NCBI GenBank assembly: GCA_963774265.1
Contig: CAVZDU010000009.1
Span: 64,001-128,000, forward strand
DNA from: an uncultured Chloroflexia bacterium
GTDB lineage: Bacteria; Chloroflexota; Anaerolineae; CG2-30-64-16
Reading direction: 5' to 3'
DNA length: 64,000 nt
Position numbers and translations under genes: made by a program. The notes under the pieces were generated by a model. That model made no database searches. It was not told the origin of the DNA and worked only from the letters and a program-made list of their open reading frames with translations. Shown in pieces: positions 62,783 to 64,000 of this stretch. Numbering within the stretch: position 1 is the first letter of the stretch; each line of letters begins with the position of its first letter.

Positions 62783-64000
62783 TTACTCCCCTTCTCGTCG
62801 CGCCGGAATGACGATGGAGACACACGTTCCGGCCTGGTAGTCGCTCTCGATGGAAACTCCGTACTGTTTGCCGTAGTACAACCGGATTCGCTTGTTGACG
62901 TTGTCGATCCCAAACCCGCTTTCCAACCTGATATCGCCGGAATCGTCATTCAGCTCCTCCTGGAGCTGCGCCAGCTTTTCGGGGGTGAAGCCGATCCCGT
63001 TGTCCTCGACTTGGAGCAGGACCTCGTCCCGGCTCCTCTGCTTGGCGCGCACCACGATGGTGCCACCCTGCCGCTTGTTCTTGATGCCGTGATACAACGC
63101 GTTCTCGACGAGCGGCTGCAGGATCAGCTTCAGGATCGAATTGCTCGCCACACCTTCATCCATCTCGATTCGGAAGTCCAGGATGTCGCGATAGCGCATC
63201 TTCTGGATTGTCAGATAGCTCCTGGTCCGCTCGACTTCCTCCCCGACGGTAATCCAATCTCGACCCTTGCTGAGGCTGAGCCTGAAGAAACTCGACAGCG
63301 CCCTGACGATCTCAATCACCTGATCGGTCTTCTTGGACTCCGCCATCCAGATGATCGTGTCCAGGGTGTTGTAGAGAAAATGCGGGTTGATCTGCGCTTG
63401 CAGCGCTCGCAGCTCGGCCTTCTTCAGGTTCTCTTGCTCCTTAACCTTGGCATCGAGCAGCTCCCGGATTCTGCCGACCATGATGTTGAAGCTCAAGCCC
63501 AGCTCAGTGATCTCATCCACGTTGTCATGCGTCACCAGCGCCTGCAAGTCGTTCCTGGTGATGGTCGTGGTCATGTCGTGGAGCTTCTTGATGGGGATGT
63601 AAATACCTCTGGAGATGACCCAGGCGGCCACAACAGAAAAAACAATCGCCGCGGACATCAAGACAAAGTAGAGGATCTCCCATTGCCTGAAACCTTCGCG
63701 CACCTGTTGGTATTGGGTGCTGGTTCGCTGCACCTCGAACAGGGCATAGTCCTGGACTACCTCCTCCACCACGCCTGAGACAAACCGGATATTTTCCAGG
63801 ACCGCCTCGTTTTCTGCTGTTGTGCTGCCCCTTACGATCTGCTGCCCCATTCGGTTGACTTCGTAGGTCAGCGTCAGCATGGTCCTCAGGATTCCCTCCA
63901 GCTTGACCCTGGCGCGTGGCGAGTCGGTGTTCTCCATCATCTGCCGCAGCGTGGCGTTCACATCATTGATGACATCGTACTGCTTGCCTGCCGTGAACTC
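62783..64000 (-). CDS. YesM/LytS-type sensor histidine kinase (5' part outside the window)
   Basis: HAMP region, LQAQINPHFLYNTL, LQPLVENALYHG, VEDNGIG, GFGIDNV. Confidence 0.93.
   Translation of the reverse strand, partial: EFTAGKQYDVINDVNATLRQMMENTDSPRARVKLEGILRTMLTLTYEVNRMGQQIVRGSTTAENEAVLENIRFVSGVVEEVVQDYALFEVQRTSTQYQQVREGFRQWEILYFVLMSAAIVFSVVAAWVISRGIYIPIKKLHDMTTTITRNDLQALVTHDNVDEITELGLSFNIMVGRIRELLDAKVKEQENLKKAELRALQAQINPHFLYNTLDTIIWMAESKKTDQVIEIVRALSSFFRLSLSKGRDWITVGEEVERTRSYLTIQKMRYRDILDFRIEMDEGVASNSILKLILQPLVENALYHGIKNKRQGGTIVVRAKQRSRDEVLLQVEDNGIGFTPEKLAQLQEELNDDSGDIRLESGFGIDNVNKRIRLYYGKQYGVSIESDYQAGTCVSIVIPARREGE

Noticed and set aside
19529-63778. Long antisense ORFs such as 19529-21181, 31724-33577 and 62063-63778
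   Set aside because: They are shadows of well-supported genes on the opposite strand in high-GC DNA, with no recognisable motifs
1-64000. Dozens of frameshifts as programmed frameshifting or mass pseudogenisation
   Set aside because: They hit essential genes (tsf, pyrH, frr, uppS, secG), are mostly single-base, lack common slippery motifs and cluster in patches, which is typical of an unpolished long-read consensus
56062-64000. Lower-GC sugar cluster as an island integrated at tRNA-Arg
   Set aside because: It lies on the 5' side of the tRNA, and no att duplicate or integrase is visible in the window

Overview
High-GC bacterial chromosome segment. Gene content and lipoprotein style suggest Chloroflexota/Anaerolineae, which is inference. 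Many single-base indels split even essential genes (tsf, pyrH, frr, uppS, secG), so most frameshifts are probably long-read errors, and CDS ends of split genes are approximate. Layout: (1) tsf-pyrH-frr-uppS-cdsA and transporters (1-6.5 kb). (2) An accessory patch with two toxin-antitoxin-like pairs, SulP, a RIO kinase behind a putative leader-peptide attenuator, three internally deleted gene relics and a GntR-SPFH operon (6.6-18 kb). (3) A LacI-controlled sugar/polyol cluster with two ABC systems (18-32 kb). (4) A CydD-CydC fusion, secG and a peptide-binding protein. (5) tRNA-Leu, an initiator tRNA-fMet interrupted by a group I intron, and tRNA-Met. (6) An 11.3-kb integrase-less defence island bounded by 177-bp direct repeats. 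It carries a type I R-M operon with an embedded HNH + ParB/DGQHR-like gene that the ORF track misses, an AlbA_2-TPR gene, a type III Res relic and a membrane-anchored Mrr. (7) MFS, pruA, fdhD, gpmA, tRNA-Arg and a ytfQRT-yjfF-like ABC cluster with a sensor kinase. Best novelty candidates: the HNH-DGQHK gene inside the R-M operon, a palindromic repeat family sitting in frame inside proteins, the tRNA-fMet intron and the RIO kinase attenuator.
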